A stretch of 64,000 nucleotides of DNA from a virus (Duplodnaviria; Heunggongvirae; Uroviricota; Caudoviricetes): the IMG/VR virus record IMGVR_UViG_3300032225_001769, positions 12,612-76,611 of that record. One strand, given 5' to 3'. This document shows, piece after piece, positions 7,968-16,224 of the stretch. Within the stretch, counting starts at the first letter, position 1. Each line of letters opens with the position of its first letter. A program made the position numbers and the translations under genes. The notes under the pieces were generated by a model, which saw only the letters and a program-made list of their open reading frames with translations, searched no databases and had not been told where the DNA came from.

Positions 7968-8002
7968 AAATAAAAAGTAGGAAGTGTTGAACTCCCCACT
8001 TT
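7968..8002 (-). terminator. Intrinsic terminator after regA
   Basis: AAAGTGGGGAGT-TCAAC-ACTTCCTACTTT followed by a T-rich tract. Confidence 0.7.
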
Positions 8003-8003
8003 C

Positions 8004-8447
8004 TTATTCGGTTTCCTCTTCCATCCGTTTCTTTTTGGCACCAATATTATATTTGGTCTCCAGAATCCAATCCGCCTTATCCTTATAAGAAAGAACTTTG
8101 ATTTGATTCAGAGGCGCAATATCTGAAATCTTAGAAACATCAACGATTTCTACCAGACCCCAATCTGCAATCAACTGAGCAATACGGTTACGACGCTGAA
8201 CGTCATTTACAGTAAGATTGGCGTGTTTGCCATCAAGTGCAAAAAGTTCTTTAAAATGGACAATATAATATTTACCTTGCTTATGAAGAATATGGCAAGA
8301 TTGATAAATTTTCTTTTCCTTGCGTGAAGCAACCCCAATACGAGTCAAAGTCTCACGAACTTTGAGAAAGTCATCAGGTTCATTTAGGATCACTTCCACC
8401 ATTTGGTCGGGTGTCCAATTTACAACAGGTTCTTGAACTACACTCAT
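8004..8447 (-). CDS. regA: Translational repressor RegA
   Basis: FLKVRETLTRIG, QSCHILHKQGKYYIVHFKELF. Confidence 0.96.
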   Translation of the reverse strand: MSVVQEPVVNWTPDQMVEVILNEPDDFLKVRETLTRIGVASRKEKKIYQSCHILHKQGKYYIVHFKELFALDGKHANLTVNDVQRRNRIAQLIADWGLVEIVDVSKISDIAPLNQIKVLSYKDKADWILETKYNIGAKKKRMEEETE

Positions 8448-8830
8448 TTTGTTCCTCCAGTTTCAAATTTCGATTTTATAAAAGTAAGTTGTTCTTTTGT
8501 TAGAATTTTCAAAGCCTGTTTTGCTTTCTCGTTACTATAACCATAGTAACGTTTAACATAATCAATATCTTTGATCGTATCTTTACGGATCCAAGGAGAA
8601 AATCTCTTCTTAACCCTCAGAATATTTATAAAAAAGTCATATTGCATCTTTTTGGGAAGAGAATGATACATATTCATTTCATTCACAAACATAAGGCAAT
8701 CAATATGCCCAGAAAGGCAACGATTGATGATATATGGGGAATATTCTCTTTCTGAAGAGGGATCTTCATCCATAATATTCTTTTTTGTTTGATTAATAGA
8801 ATTTAACCACTCTTTCAACTCATAAGTCAT
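8444..8830 (-). CDS. gp62: Clamp loader small subunit gp62
   Basis: PYIINRCLS, MQYDF, KRFSPW, YYGYSNEKA. Confidence 0.93.
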   Translation of the reverse strand: MTYELKEWLNSINQTKKNIMDEDPSSEREYSPYIINRCLSGHIDCLMFVNEMNMYHSLPKKMQYDFFINILRVKKRFSPWIRKDTIKDIDYVKRYYGYSNEKAKQALKILTKEQLTFIKSKFETGGTK

Positions 8831-9885
8831 CGTATAATCTCCAAATCATTACCATGTTTCCACAATTCAAGTTCAGTCCTAAGGCGCCCTTCAGACTTCA
8901 ATTTCTCATATCTTTTAGATGCCTTCTTCTTCCACCATTCAATAACTTGCTCAGGTTCATATCCAAATTTAGAAAGATAATACCTTTTCTTTTCGGTTAG
9001 AGTTTTTGCATGTTCAATACAAGAATTAAATTCATCCAACTTAGAATTACCTTTCAAAGAATTCCTAATGATAGAAATCATCTTAGTTTGAATCTTCAAT
9101 TTCTTCGAAGACTTATCTGCAGAAATCAATCTTTCTCCACCATTTGCAGTGTTATTAAACCACCAGAACATTTCCTTGAAGTAATCATCATGGAAAAGTG
9201 GTAAAAAATTACTTTCAGTATCTCCTATGTGTCGAATATATGGTTTAAGTCCATCATACATAGACACTCCTTTTGTTGTGCCATATAGTGAAGTTGTTTC
9301 AAAATACTGAAGATTAATTCCATATTTCTGATCAAATCTTCTCTTTAGTTCATTAGAAGATGCTAAAAGAGCAAGAAGTTTTCCACCCAGATAATTGTAT
9401 CCAAATGGTTGAACGGGAACAATATTAAATCCCATTACAAACTCGCTATTAATTCTAGAAAGTGAAATAACTTCACCAAAATGATCATTTCTCGGTTTTG
9501 AATTAATTGTAGGAGATCCAAAACGAACCACTCCAACTATTTTATTTGTAGTATCCTCAGTCACAATCCATTTCAAAGTTCTACCAGGAATTGCTTCCTC
9601 AATAGGATTTGAGGCAGTATCATTTAAAATTTCTGAATAAAGATCTTGATTATATTTGGATGCTGTTTTGGGATTAGTATCTACATCATGAATTGAAAAC
9701 GACATTTTATTTGGATGAATATTGAAGTTTGAAAAAATTTCATCTTCAGGCCCAAATAATTTTCCGGAAGCATTATTCATTCTACTTCCTTTAACATATC
9801 GAAGATAATCATCAATACGATTAAACTTAGAATAATATTCTATAAATTGATCTGCTGCCCAAATGGCATCTTCAATAGATAACAT
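8827..9885 (-). CDS. Conserved phage protein, DUF4338/DruA-like
   Basis: Motifs PFGYNYLGGKLLALL and FETTSLYG recall DUF4338 (not verified by search). Confidence 0.5.
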   Translation of the reverse strand: MLSIEDAIWAADQFIEYYSKFNRIDDYLRYVKGSRMNNASGKLFGPEDEIFSNFNIHPNKMSFSIHDVDTNPKTASKYNQDLYSEILNDTASNPIEEAIPGRTLKWIVTEDTTNKIVGVVRFGSPTINSKPRNDHFGEVISLSRINSEFVMGFNIVPVQPFGYNYLGGKLLALLASSNELKRRFDQKYGINLQYFETTSLYGTTKGVSMYDGLKPYIRHIGDTESNFLPLFHDDYFKEMFWWFNNTANGGERLISADKSSKKLKIQTKMISIIRNSLKGNSKLDEFNSCIEHAKTLTEKKRYYLSKFGYEPEQVIEWWKKKASKRYEKLKSEGRLRTELELWKHGNDLEIIR

Positions 9886-9886
9886 A

Positions 9887-10474
9887 TTATTTCACCAAAA
9901 AATTTTTTTCGTAGTCTAAAAGTTCCTGAGGAGTTACAATGTAATTATCAACAGAATCTGCTGGTTTACTATACCACCGCCTTCCATAATTTCTTGAAAC
10001 CAATTTGATATCTAAATATTGATATTTTTTATCAGTTGGAACATAAACTTTGTATTTTCCCGCTCGATTCGAAGTCAAAAATGATAGACTTCTATTTTGT
10101 TCGGATAAAATGTCAATAGTAGTACATGCTGTTTTAAATATTTGAAAGTACTTATCATAATCATTTACATATAGTTCATGATTGTCCATGAGCATCTGGT
10201 AAATGAATTGCGGAGAGTAACAGTGATCTCTACACAATACCCAAGTAGGATCAGTTCTCTTTTTTTCTAATGCTCTTTCAGTAATAAATCCAGAAGGTAC
10301 TGAAAGAGAGTGTACTAAGTCATAAAATGGGCGAGTAATAGATCTAACTGCATCCGTATTGTTTCTATTTTTCTGCCAAAAATCAAAAACTTTAAGATTT
10401 TCAAAATCAAGAAATGTTCTATAACAATAAACTTCTAATCTAGATTCTGTCGTAATTATTTCAATTTTCTTCAT
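9887..10474 (-). CDS. Hypothetical protein
   Basis: 195-aa ORF tightly packed in the operon. Confidence 0.7.
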   Translation of the reverse strand: MKKIEIITTESRLEVYCYRTFLDFENLKVFDFWQKNRNNTDAVRSITRPFYDLVHSLSVPSGFITERALEKKRTDPTWVLCRDHCYSPQFIYQMLMDNHELYVNDYDKYFQIFKTACTTIDILSEQNRSLSFLTSNRAGKYKVYVPTDKKYQYLDIKLVSRNYGRRWYSKPADSVDNYIVTPQELLDYEKNFLVK

Positions 10475-10670
10475 AATCAGGTTTATTATATTTTAGATAT
10501 TCAAAAAAAGTAAGTTTCATCTCTTTCTGAGTCATACCACAATGTTTTGCAGCCGCAGGAAGAGTCATTTTAGCACGAAAAAGACCTTCATTTGCCTCTT
10601 GCACATTCTGGGGAGTTGTCTTTACTGGAATTTCTTTTAGTTGCCTATAAGTAATTTTATAAAGGTTCAT
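10461..10670 (-). CDS. Small conserved hypothetical protein (possible HTH)
   Basis: MTLPAAAKHCGMTQKEMKLTF. Overlaps both neighbours. Confidence 0.7.
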   Translation of the reverse strand: MNLYKITYRQLKEIPVKTTPQNVQEANEGLFRAKMTLPAAAKHCGMTQKEMKLTFFEYLKYNKPDYEEN

Positions 10671-11611
10671 GAAAACTCACACTCAACCATTATTTCAGTT
10701 AAAGCAGCTAGAAGATTAATTTCCTGATCGGCACAAAATGCACACTGATATTGATACTTTGCAATCACAAGAACGGCAGCAGGTATAGATGCAGGAAGAA
10801 GACAATCGTAGCAGGCATCATAAATTCTTCTTAGTAGAACAGGAGCATCATTGTCTAAGTTTGATACTACCCATTTACGAACTTCTGTGAAGTTCTTTTC
10901 CTTAAGGTTCTTAATAAGTTCATTTACAGAAATATCAGAAAAAGATGCAAGAATGCCAGAATCAATTTTACCACTCGTAGAATATCTCTGACATTCATTA
11001 AGAACTCTCCTAAAATCTGGGAAGTGCTTGGAAATCAGTTCCGCAACGACTTTTTGATCATACTCGATGCCTTCCGCATCCAAGATGTTCTGTAGCCGCT
11101 TGAAAAAGGATCCTGCCAACTGCGCTTTTTGTTTTCCTTTGATGGTGAAGTCGATGACGGCACATCGGGAGTGTAGTGGTTCAATAATTTTGTTTCTATA
11201 GTTACAGGTGAAGATGAATCGACAGTTGCTATAAAATGCCTCAATATTTGCCCGTAGTAGGAGTTGAACATCATTGGTGGTATTGTCTGCCTCGTCCACA
11301 ATAATGACTTTGTGTTTAGAAGATCCCGTAAGTGAGACGGTCGAAGCGAAGTTCTTCGCTTGGTTCCGTACAGTATCCAAGAAACGTCCTTCGTCGGATC
11401 CGTTAATGACATAAAAATCTGCTCCTATTTCATTACATAATGCTTTTGCTATTGTAGTCTTGCCGATACCAGGAGGCCCTGCAAGAAGAAGATTTGGAAT
11501 CTCACCCCTCTCCACAAACTCTTTAAAGGTTTTTTTAGTATCATCAGGAAGAATACAGTCGTCAATTACTTTCGGTCTGTACTTTTCTGTGAGTAAGAAT
11601 TCACTTGTCAT
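10667..11611 (-). CDS. gp44: Clamp loader AAA+ subunit gp44
   Basis: EKYRP, GPPGIGKT, DEAD, SRC motif. Confidence 0.97.
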   Translation of the reverse strand: MTSEFLLTEKYRPKVIDDCILPDDTKKTFKEFVERGEIPNLLLAGPPGIGKTTIAKALCNEIGADFYVINGSDEGRFLDTVRNQAKNFASTVSLTGSSKHKVIIVDEADNTTNDVQLLLRANIEAFYSNCRFIFTCNYRNKIIEPLHSRCAVIDFTIKGKQKAQLAGSFFKRLQNILDAEGIEYDQKVVAELISKHFPDFRRVLNECQRYSTSGKIDSGILASFSDISVNELIKNLKEKNFTEVRKWVVSNLDNDAPVLLRRIYDACYDCLLPASIPAAVLVIAKYQYQCAFCADQEINLLAALTEIMVECEFS

Positions 11612-11756
11612 AATTTAAATAAAAGGTATCTTTTTCAAGGAAATGAATTTTATCGTGAATAGCATTTAGTGCATTCTGTTTTATATCCCAGTGATCTTCC
11701 TCGTCACTGACAAGGATATTTACTGTAGATGTAACTTCAACTCTAAGTACTTTCAT
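11601..11756 (-). CDS. Small hypothetical protein (51 aa, not in ORF track)
   Basis: MKVLRVEVTSTVNILVSDEEDHWDIKQNALNAIHDKIHFLEKDTFYLNYDK. ATGA overlap with the upstream stop. Confidence 0.6.
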   Translation of the reverse strand: MKVLRVEVTSTVNILVSDEEDHWDIKQNALNAIHDKIHFLEKDTFYLNYDK

Positions 11757-12262
11757 ACCCATTCTGGGCGCCTTTCTGGCATACGAAGATAATTACTACT
11801 AACCCAAGGTTTTGATGCAATATACATTTTATATGCCTCAAATGTATCTATGGAAGTATCAAGTTTGTATTCATCAGGCATCGCCCTCGCAAATGGTGTT
11901 ACCTCGGTAACTTTGCCTTTAGGAAAAAGGTAGTATGCCTCCAGCAAAGTATTATAGCACGAATGAACCTTGCCGTAACGAAGAGTGTATTCGTCACAGA
12001 GGTTCATACCGTGCTTGATCAACCAGTAAGAATTATCAATGCTTTCTGCAGCCCACTTGGTACAAGGATGGCTCCTGAATGCGCCCTTGACGGTGCTGTA
12101 GGGGGTGCCGTCTGCCTTATGAAGGTGTCCATACCCGTGATACCAGTCAGACGCTACGATGGAGAGCATTTGGCAGCACTCAAGAGGCATTTTAACGATG
12201 TGTTTGTCAGGAAGTGCGATAGCACTCTCCGCAGGAAATTCAGAAGTCACAAAAATATTCAA
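11753..12262 (-). CDS. Pyrimidine-dimer DNA glycosylase / endonuclease V-like protein
   Basis: MNIF...DKHIVKMPLE..QML, HPCTKW, Y..RYGK.H. Confidence 0.75.
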   Translation of the reverse strand: MNIFVTSEFPAESAIALPDKHIVKMPLECCQMLSIVASDWYHGYGHLHKADGTPYSTVKGAFRSHPCTKWAAESIDNSYWLIKHGMNLCDEYTLRYGKVHSCYNTLLEAYYLFPKGKVTEVTPFARAMPDEYKLDTSIDTFEAYKMYIASKPWVSSNYLRMPERRPEWV

Positions 12263-12287
12263 AGTTAGTTCCTCAAAGTTTTAATAA

Positions 12288-12713
12288 TCAAAAACAAAAT
12301 TTACGAAGATACTTGATTGTTTCCTTTGGTTTATCTTCCAACCAATATGCTTCGTGCTCCAGTCTCCGATTGTCTTTTTTCTTGACTAGAGACAATGAAT
12401 TGTCGAGATATTGTAACTTTTCTGCAGTCAAAAGCATTCTGTTTAATGGAATTCCAATCGGTTTCATACCAATACACGATTGCACTACATGAACCGCTTC
12501 ATGATAAACAGTATCATTTAGATTCTTATTTGCATTTCCCCTATTCATAAGGGTCTTGGTGCAAACGAAAAATGTTTTATTGTCATTGATAATCCCACCA
12601 TCATAATTGGTATTAGAGCACCAGGAGATATTTTCCTTGACAGTAAAGTGTGCCTTTGCAATAAGATCTAAGATTTGCTTACCTTCTGGACTCAAGTAAT
12701 ATGTAAAAATCAT
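12288..12713 (-). CDS. Hypothetical protein with HExxH (zincin-like) motif
   Basis: TVYHEAVHVVQ and downstream EHEAY. Confidence 0.65.
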   Translation of the reverse strand: MIFTYYLSPEGKQILDLIAKAHFTVKENISWCSNTNYDGGIINDNKTFFVCTKTLMNRGNANKNLNDTVYHEAVHVVQSCIGMKPIGIPLNRMLLTAEKLQYLDNSLSLVKKKDNRRLEHEAYWLEDKPKETIKYLRKFCF

Positions 12714-13378
12714 TAGGAAAAATCTGAATCCGGTTCCAATGCAATATAATAGTTCAGATTATACTTTGTATTGGTGAATTTTGACAAAAGTTTTTTTGAC
12801 ACAACAACGTTATATGCACCAGAAATAATTTTAATATTCTCTACTTTAAAGTTGAAGGTAAATTCCAAATCAGTTTCACCAACTACGATGGAATATTCGT
12901 TGGAAGTATCATTTTTCTTATCACGAACTACCAATCGAATCACACCAGATTCTCCAACTGCAGAAAGGTCGGGAAGTTGATAAACAGACGCTGCCTTAAT
13001 GAGTTTTTCCAAAGAAGCACTCTCAAGTTGAAAGCAAACATCTTGCGAAGGAAGTGCAATTTCTTTATCTGGGGGAGAAATAATCACATTAGGATCAGCA
13101 TAAAAATACTTTACCCTACGCTTACCCTCACGAATAGTGATATGAGAATCGTTAGTAAAATCTAGTTCAGGATCCTGATGAAGACTGAGACCATTTAGAA
13201 ACTGATTCAGATCATAAATTGCAAAGTTGCGGGGAAACTCTTCGACAATATCTGCTTCGGCAAGAATATTTTTTGCCACAGAAATAGTACGAAGTTTATT
13301 ACCTTGCTTTACCAGAATTGAATTATTGATTCCGGCAAAGTTCTTAAGAATAGTCAGTGTGTTATCAGAGAGTTTCAT
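12713..13378 (-). CDS. gp45: Sliding clamp gp45
   Basis: MKLSDNTLTILKNFAGINNSI, AIYDLNQFL, YYIALE. Confidence 0.96.
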   Translation of the reverse strand: MKLSDNTLTILKNFAGINNSILVKQGNKLRTISVAKNILAEADIVEEFPRNFAIYDLNQFLNGLSLHQDPELDFTNDSHITIREGKRRVKYFYADPNVIISPPDKEIALPSQDVCFQLESASLEKLIKAASVYQLPDLSAVGESGVIRLVVRDKKNDTSNEYSIVVGETDLEFTFNFKVENIKIISGAYNVVVSKKLLSKFTNTKYNLNYYIALEPDSDFS

Positions 13379-13390
13379 TTTGTATTTTAA

Positions 13391-13801
13391 TCAACGGGAA
13401 AATTCAGAAAATCCATTATCTTTGCGAGAGTAATGACCATCAAAATGGAGCAATAGCATAGCATAATGAATCACTTTGAGCAAGTCACGTTTGTTGCGAC
13501 CATCCTTATCACCATAACGAGAACCATATTTTAGGATATTTGCTTGACAGAACCCTGCGGCAAGTTTTTTTGCTGCCATGAGGTCAATAGTTTGAATGTC
13601 TGCATAACCATCTTGATCACCACAGTAATGCCCATGGTAAGTGCTAGTCACATAGTCTTCAACCTCTTTAAGGATTTTATCCTCATTGTATTTCCACAGA
13701 TGATTTTTAAATTGTTCGGGCATATTTTCAGGAGTTTTTATATAATTTAGTTGATTAACTAATTCTTTAAGATATTCATCCATAATGAAGGGGAAAGTCA
13801 C
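13391..13801 (-). CDS. DUF3310-like protein (true start may be internal)
   Basis: TY..HY, FCQANILKYGSRYGDKDG, DLLKVIHY. Confidence 0.6.
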   Translation of the reverse strand: MTFPFIMDEYLKELVNQLNYIKTPENMPEQFKNHLWKYNEDKILKEVEDYVTSTYHGHYCGDQDGYADIQTIDLMAAKKLAAGFCQANILKYGSRYGDKDGRNKRDLLKVIHYAMLLLHFDGHYSRKDNGFSEFSR

Positions 13802-13816
13802 AATTAACCTTCCCCA

Positions 13817-13845
13817 ATTATATCAGAAAGGACTGGGTTCGTCAA
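13817..13845 (-). promoter_or_regulatory. Sigma70-type promoter TTGACG-N17-TATAAT embedded in the cobS 3' end
   Basis: -35 at 13845-13840, -10 at 13822-13817. Confidence 0.8.
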
Positions 13846-14956
13846 GATCTGGGAGAACTTCATTTGAGACCTCAGTTGGCATCACAAAATCAACATCGAT
13901 TTTATCGTAAAGTTCCAGGAAAGATTGCTTGGTTTCATCATCAAAACGATTGACACAAACTTGAATTGCCTTTGCCTTATCATTAAAGATACTATAGGCG
14001 CGAATAATATGAACCAGACGACGAGTACTGATAATTTCCTCAATACCACCATCATAGAAGGTTTTACGAATCACATCACCCCAATCAACCAGACGCTTAC
14101 AGAAATCACGATCCTCCACACCAAGATCAAGAGCAACACCTTCAAGAATCTTCTGCTCAACAGCGGGAGAGGGATAGGATTGCTCAAAGGTCACAGGAAA
14201 ACGCTCCAGGAACGCTTCGTTGAGTACGTTGGTGCCAATGAAGCGACCATCATCAGATCCCTTACCTTTGGTGTTTGCAGTGGCAATCACATTAAATCCT
14301 GCAGCAGGTTTTACAAAAGTACCAATCTTTTTGAGGAAAACACCTTTACCTTCCAAGATGGATTGAAGGCAGAGAATTTTATTGGAGGCAAGATCAATCT
14401 CATCAAGAAGAAGAACTGCGCCACGCTGAAGTGCTTCAATCACAGGGCCATTGTGCCATGCAGTTTCGCCATTTACCAAACGGAATCCACCAATAAGATC
14501 ATCTTCATCAGTCTCAATGGTAATATTGATACGAATCAATTCACGCTTGAGTTGGGCACAAACTTGCTCCACACTGAAAGTCTTACCATTACCCGAAAGA
14601 CCAGTAATGAACGTAGGGTAAAAAAGATTGGAATCAATAATTTTTTTAATATCGTTAAAGTTACCAAACTTTACGAAGGTATCATCTTTTTCTGGAATAA
14701 GGTTTTGTTCCACGGAAGGAAGAGCAGAAGGTGCAGTATAAATGCGTTCAATTTGATCAACTTCTTCTTGAGTTACTTCAAGATTCCAACGACCACGATT
14801 AGTCTTAAAAGGTTCCAGGCGGCGAGTTACAGTCTGATAATTCAGATTACTGAAGGCACAATAACCACGAATATCACCAGAACTAAATTCGGAACCAAAC
14901 AATTCTTTCAGTTCGGCAAACAGTTGATCGTCAGTCACAGAAATTTTACGAGGCAT
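13823..14956 (-). CDS. cobS: MoxR-type AAA+ ATPase (phage CobS-like)
   Basis: GLSGNGKT, LLDEID, ATANTKG, NEAFLERF. N-terminal DNA-binding-like extension. Confidence 0.9.
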   Translation of the reverse strand: MPRKISVTDDQLFAELKELFGSEFSSGDIRGYCAFSNLNYQTVTRRLEPFKTNRGRWNLEVTQEEVDQIERIYTAPSALPSVEQNLIPEKDDTFVKFGNFNDIKKIIDSNLFYPTFITGLSGNGKTFSVEQVCAQLKRELIRINITIETDEDDLIGGFRLVNGETAWHNGPVIEALQRGAVLLLDEIDLASNKILCLQSILEGKGVFLKKIGTFVKPAAGFNVIATANTKGKGSDDGRFIGTNVLNEAFLERFPVTFEQSYPSPAVEQKILEGVALDLGVEDRDFCKRLVDWGDVIRKTFYDGGIEEIISTRRLVHIIRAYSIFNDKAKAIQVCVNRFDDETKQSFLELYDKIDVDFVMPTEVSNEVLPDLDEPSPF

Positions 14957-14990
14957 GATGTAGTTAGGCGTGTTTCATTTGAACTCTCTT

Positions 14991-15049
14991 ATTATACACA
15001 CAAAAAAGGGGCAGGTAAGTGCCCCTTGTGACGGTTTGGAAAGTGGTCA
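14991..15049 (-). promoter_or_regulatory. Promoter with imperfect palindrome (15028-15049), internal terminator hairpin (15002-15025) and TATAAT
   Basis: TGACCA-N10-CGTCAC, 31 nt, TATAAT, with GGGGCA-N6-TGCCCC-T6 in between. Confidence 0.65.
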
Positions 15050-16186
15050 ATCTTTGTTTTTTCCTTTTTCCCTCATTTTCTTTGCATTCTCAAGCGTTCT
15101 TTGTCTTGCCGCTTCTCTTTCATTTTGGGGAATATTAATATTAATTAGAGCACCAACCTTTTCTTTCGGTGGTTCAATTTTTGCTTCAAGAATACTCTCT
15201 CTCCACTCCTCACTCATGTTCACCATAATGACTTCTGCCTGATCTACAGACTCAGCATAACCTTCATCAAGAAGATATGAGAGAATTACATCATAAAGAT
15301 CTTCATGAACTTTGACATTTCTCATGTCAGTTGTTCGTTTTCTTGGTTTCTTTCTTTGTGATGGTTCAGGGCCTCTTACTTTTGTAGCAGTATCAGCAAG
15401 ATTCCCAAGAACTTTGGCATATGCTTTCAGTTCCTTATCAGTTTTTGGTCTAATTTTAGATTCAAAATCTTCATAAATCTCAGTTATCTCATCCCAAGTA
15501 TATTCACTCAAATCATAACCTTCCTCAATAAGTTGATTTACCCAAATCTCAACCTCTTCATTTGCAAGTGATTTTAAACCATGCTTCTTAACATGCTCGC
15601 CTGCACGAATACCTGCTTCATGAGTCTTAGATATAACTTTTCCAGCAGTTGTAGTAGCAGCCTTATGACGCTCCATACCTGCCTTATAAGCACCAACTGC
15701 ACGGAAAATATTACGAGCAATTGCATCCCTTATGGGTTTTTTTGATTTTGGTTGCTCTGCTTTTGCCTGACTTTCGGCACCACGAGATTCCGGTTCTTTC
15801 CTTTCTACTTCTTTTTTCTCAGTAGCTTCTTTGGAAGCGTTTTTCTTTGCTTCCTTCTTTGCCCGTGCTTTTGCTTCTCTCGCATCTATTCCCGCCTTTA
15901 CTTCATCATAAGAAGGCCCAGAATATTTTCTTTTTGCTTCTGTAAGAACATAAAGATCTTCCGACAAATCATAAACATACTCCACAAAGGACTCAAGACC
16001 AACATTTTTAATGAGAATATCAATACCATCTTCATTAAGTCCATATGAATAGAAGTACTCGGTGGCAACTTCTACAATATCCTCATCGTAGATGGTATTA
16101 TTATACTCATTAAATTGTTCTCTGAGTTCTTCATTATAAACTGCATTATAAAGAAAATGCATGTCTTTGATTTGTTCGGAGTTCAT
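15047..16186 (-). CDS. Acidic/basic modular hypothetical protein, possible internal head protein
   Basis: 379 aa, LSYLLDEG module, late-type TCTAAATA upstream. Confidence 0.7.
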   Translation of the reverse strand: MNSEQIKDMHFLYNAVYNEELREQFNEYNNTIYDEDIVEVATEYFYSYGLNEDGIDILIKNVGLESFVEYVYDLSEDLYVLTEAKRKYSGPSYDEVKAGIDAREAKARAKKEAKKNASKEATEKKEVERKEPESRGAESQAKAEQPKSKKPIRDAIARNIFRAVGAYKAGMERHKAATTTAGKVISKTHEAGIRAGEHVKKHGLKSLANEEVEIWVNQLIEEGYDLSEYTWDEITEIYEDFESKIRPKTDKELKAYAKVLGNLADTATKVRGPEPSQRKKPRKRTTDMRNVKVHEDLYDVILSYLLDEGYAESVDQAEVIMVNMSEEWRESILEAKIEPPKEKVGALININIPQNEREAARQRTLENAKKMREKGKNKD

Positions 16187-16224
16187 ATTCTCTTAAAGTG
16201 TTTTTCCTAGTTTTATTTAGAAAA

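Noticed and set aside
13925-15031. 368-aa plus-strand ORF
   Set aside because: It is the codon-register mirror of cobS (offset a multiple of 3), has no recognisable motif, and is explained by avoidance of TTA/CTA/TCA codons in the sense gene.
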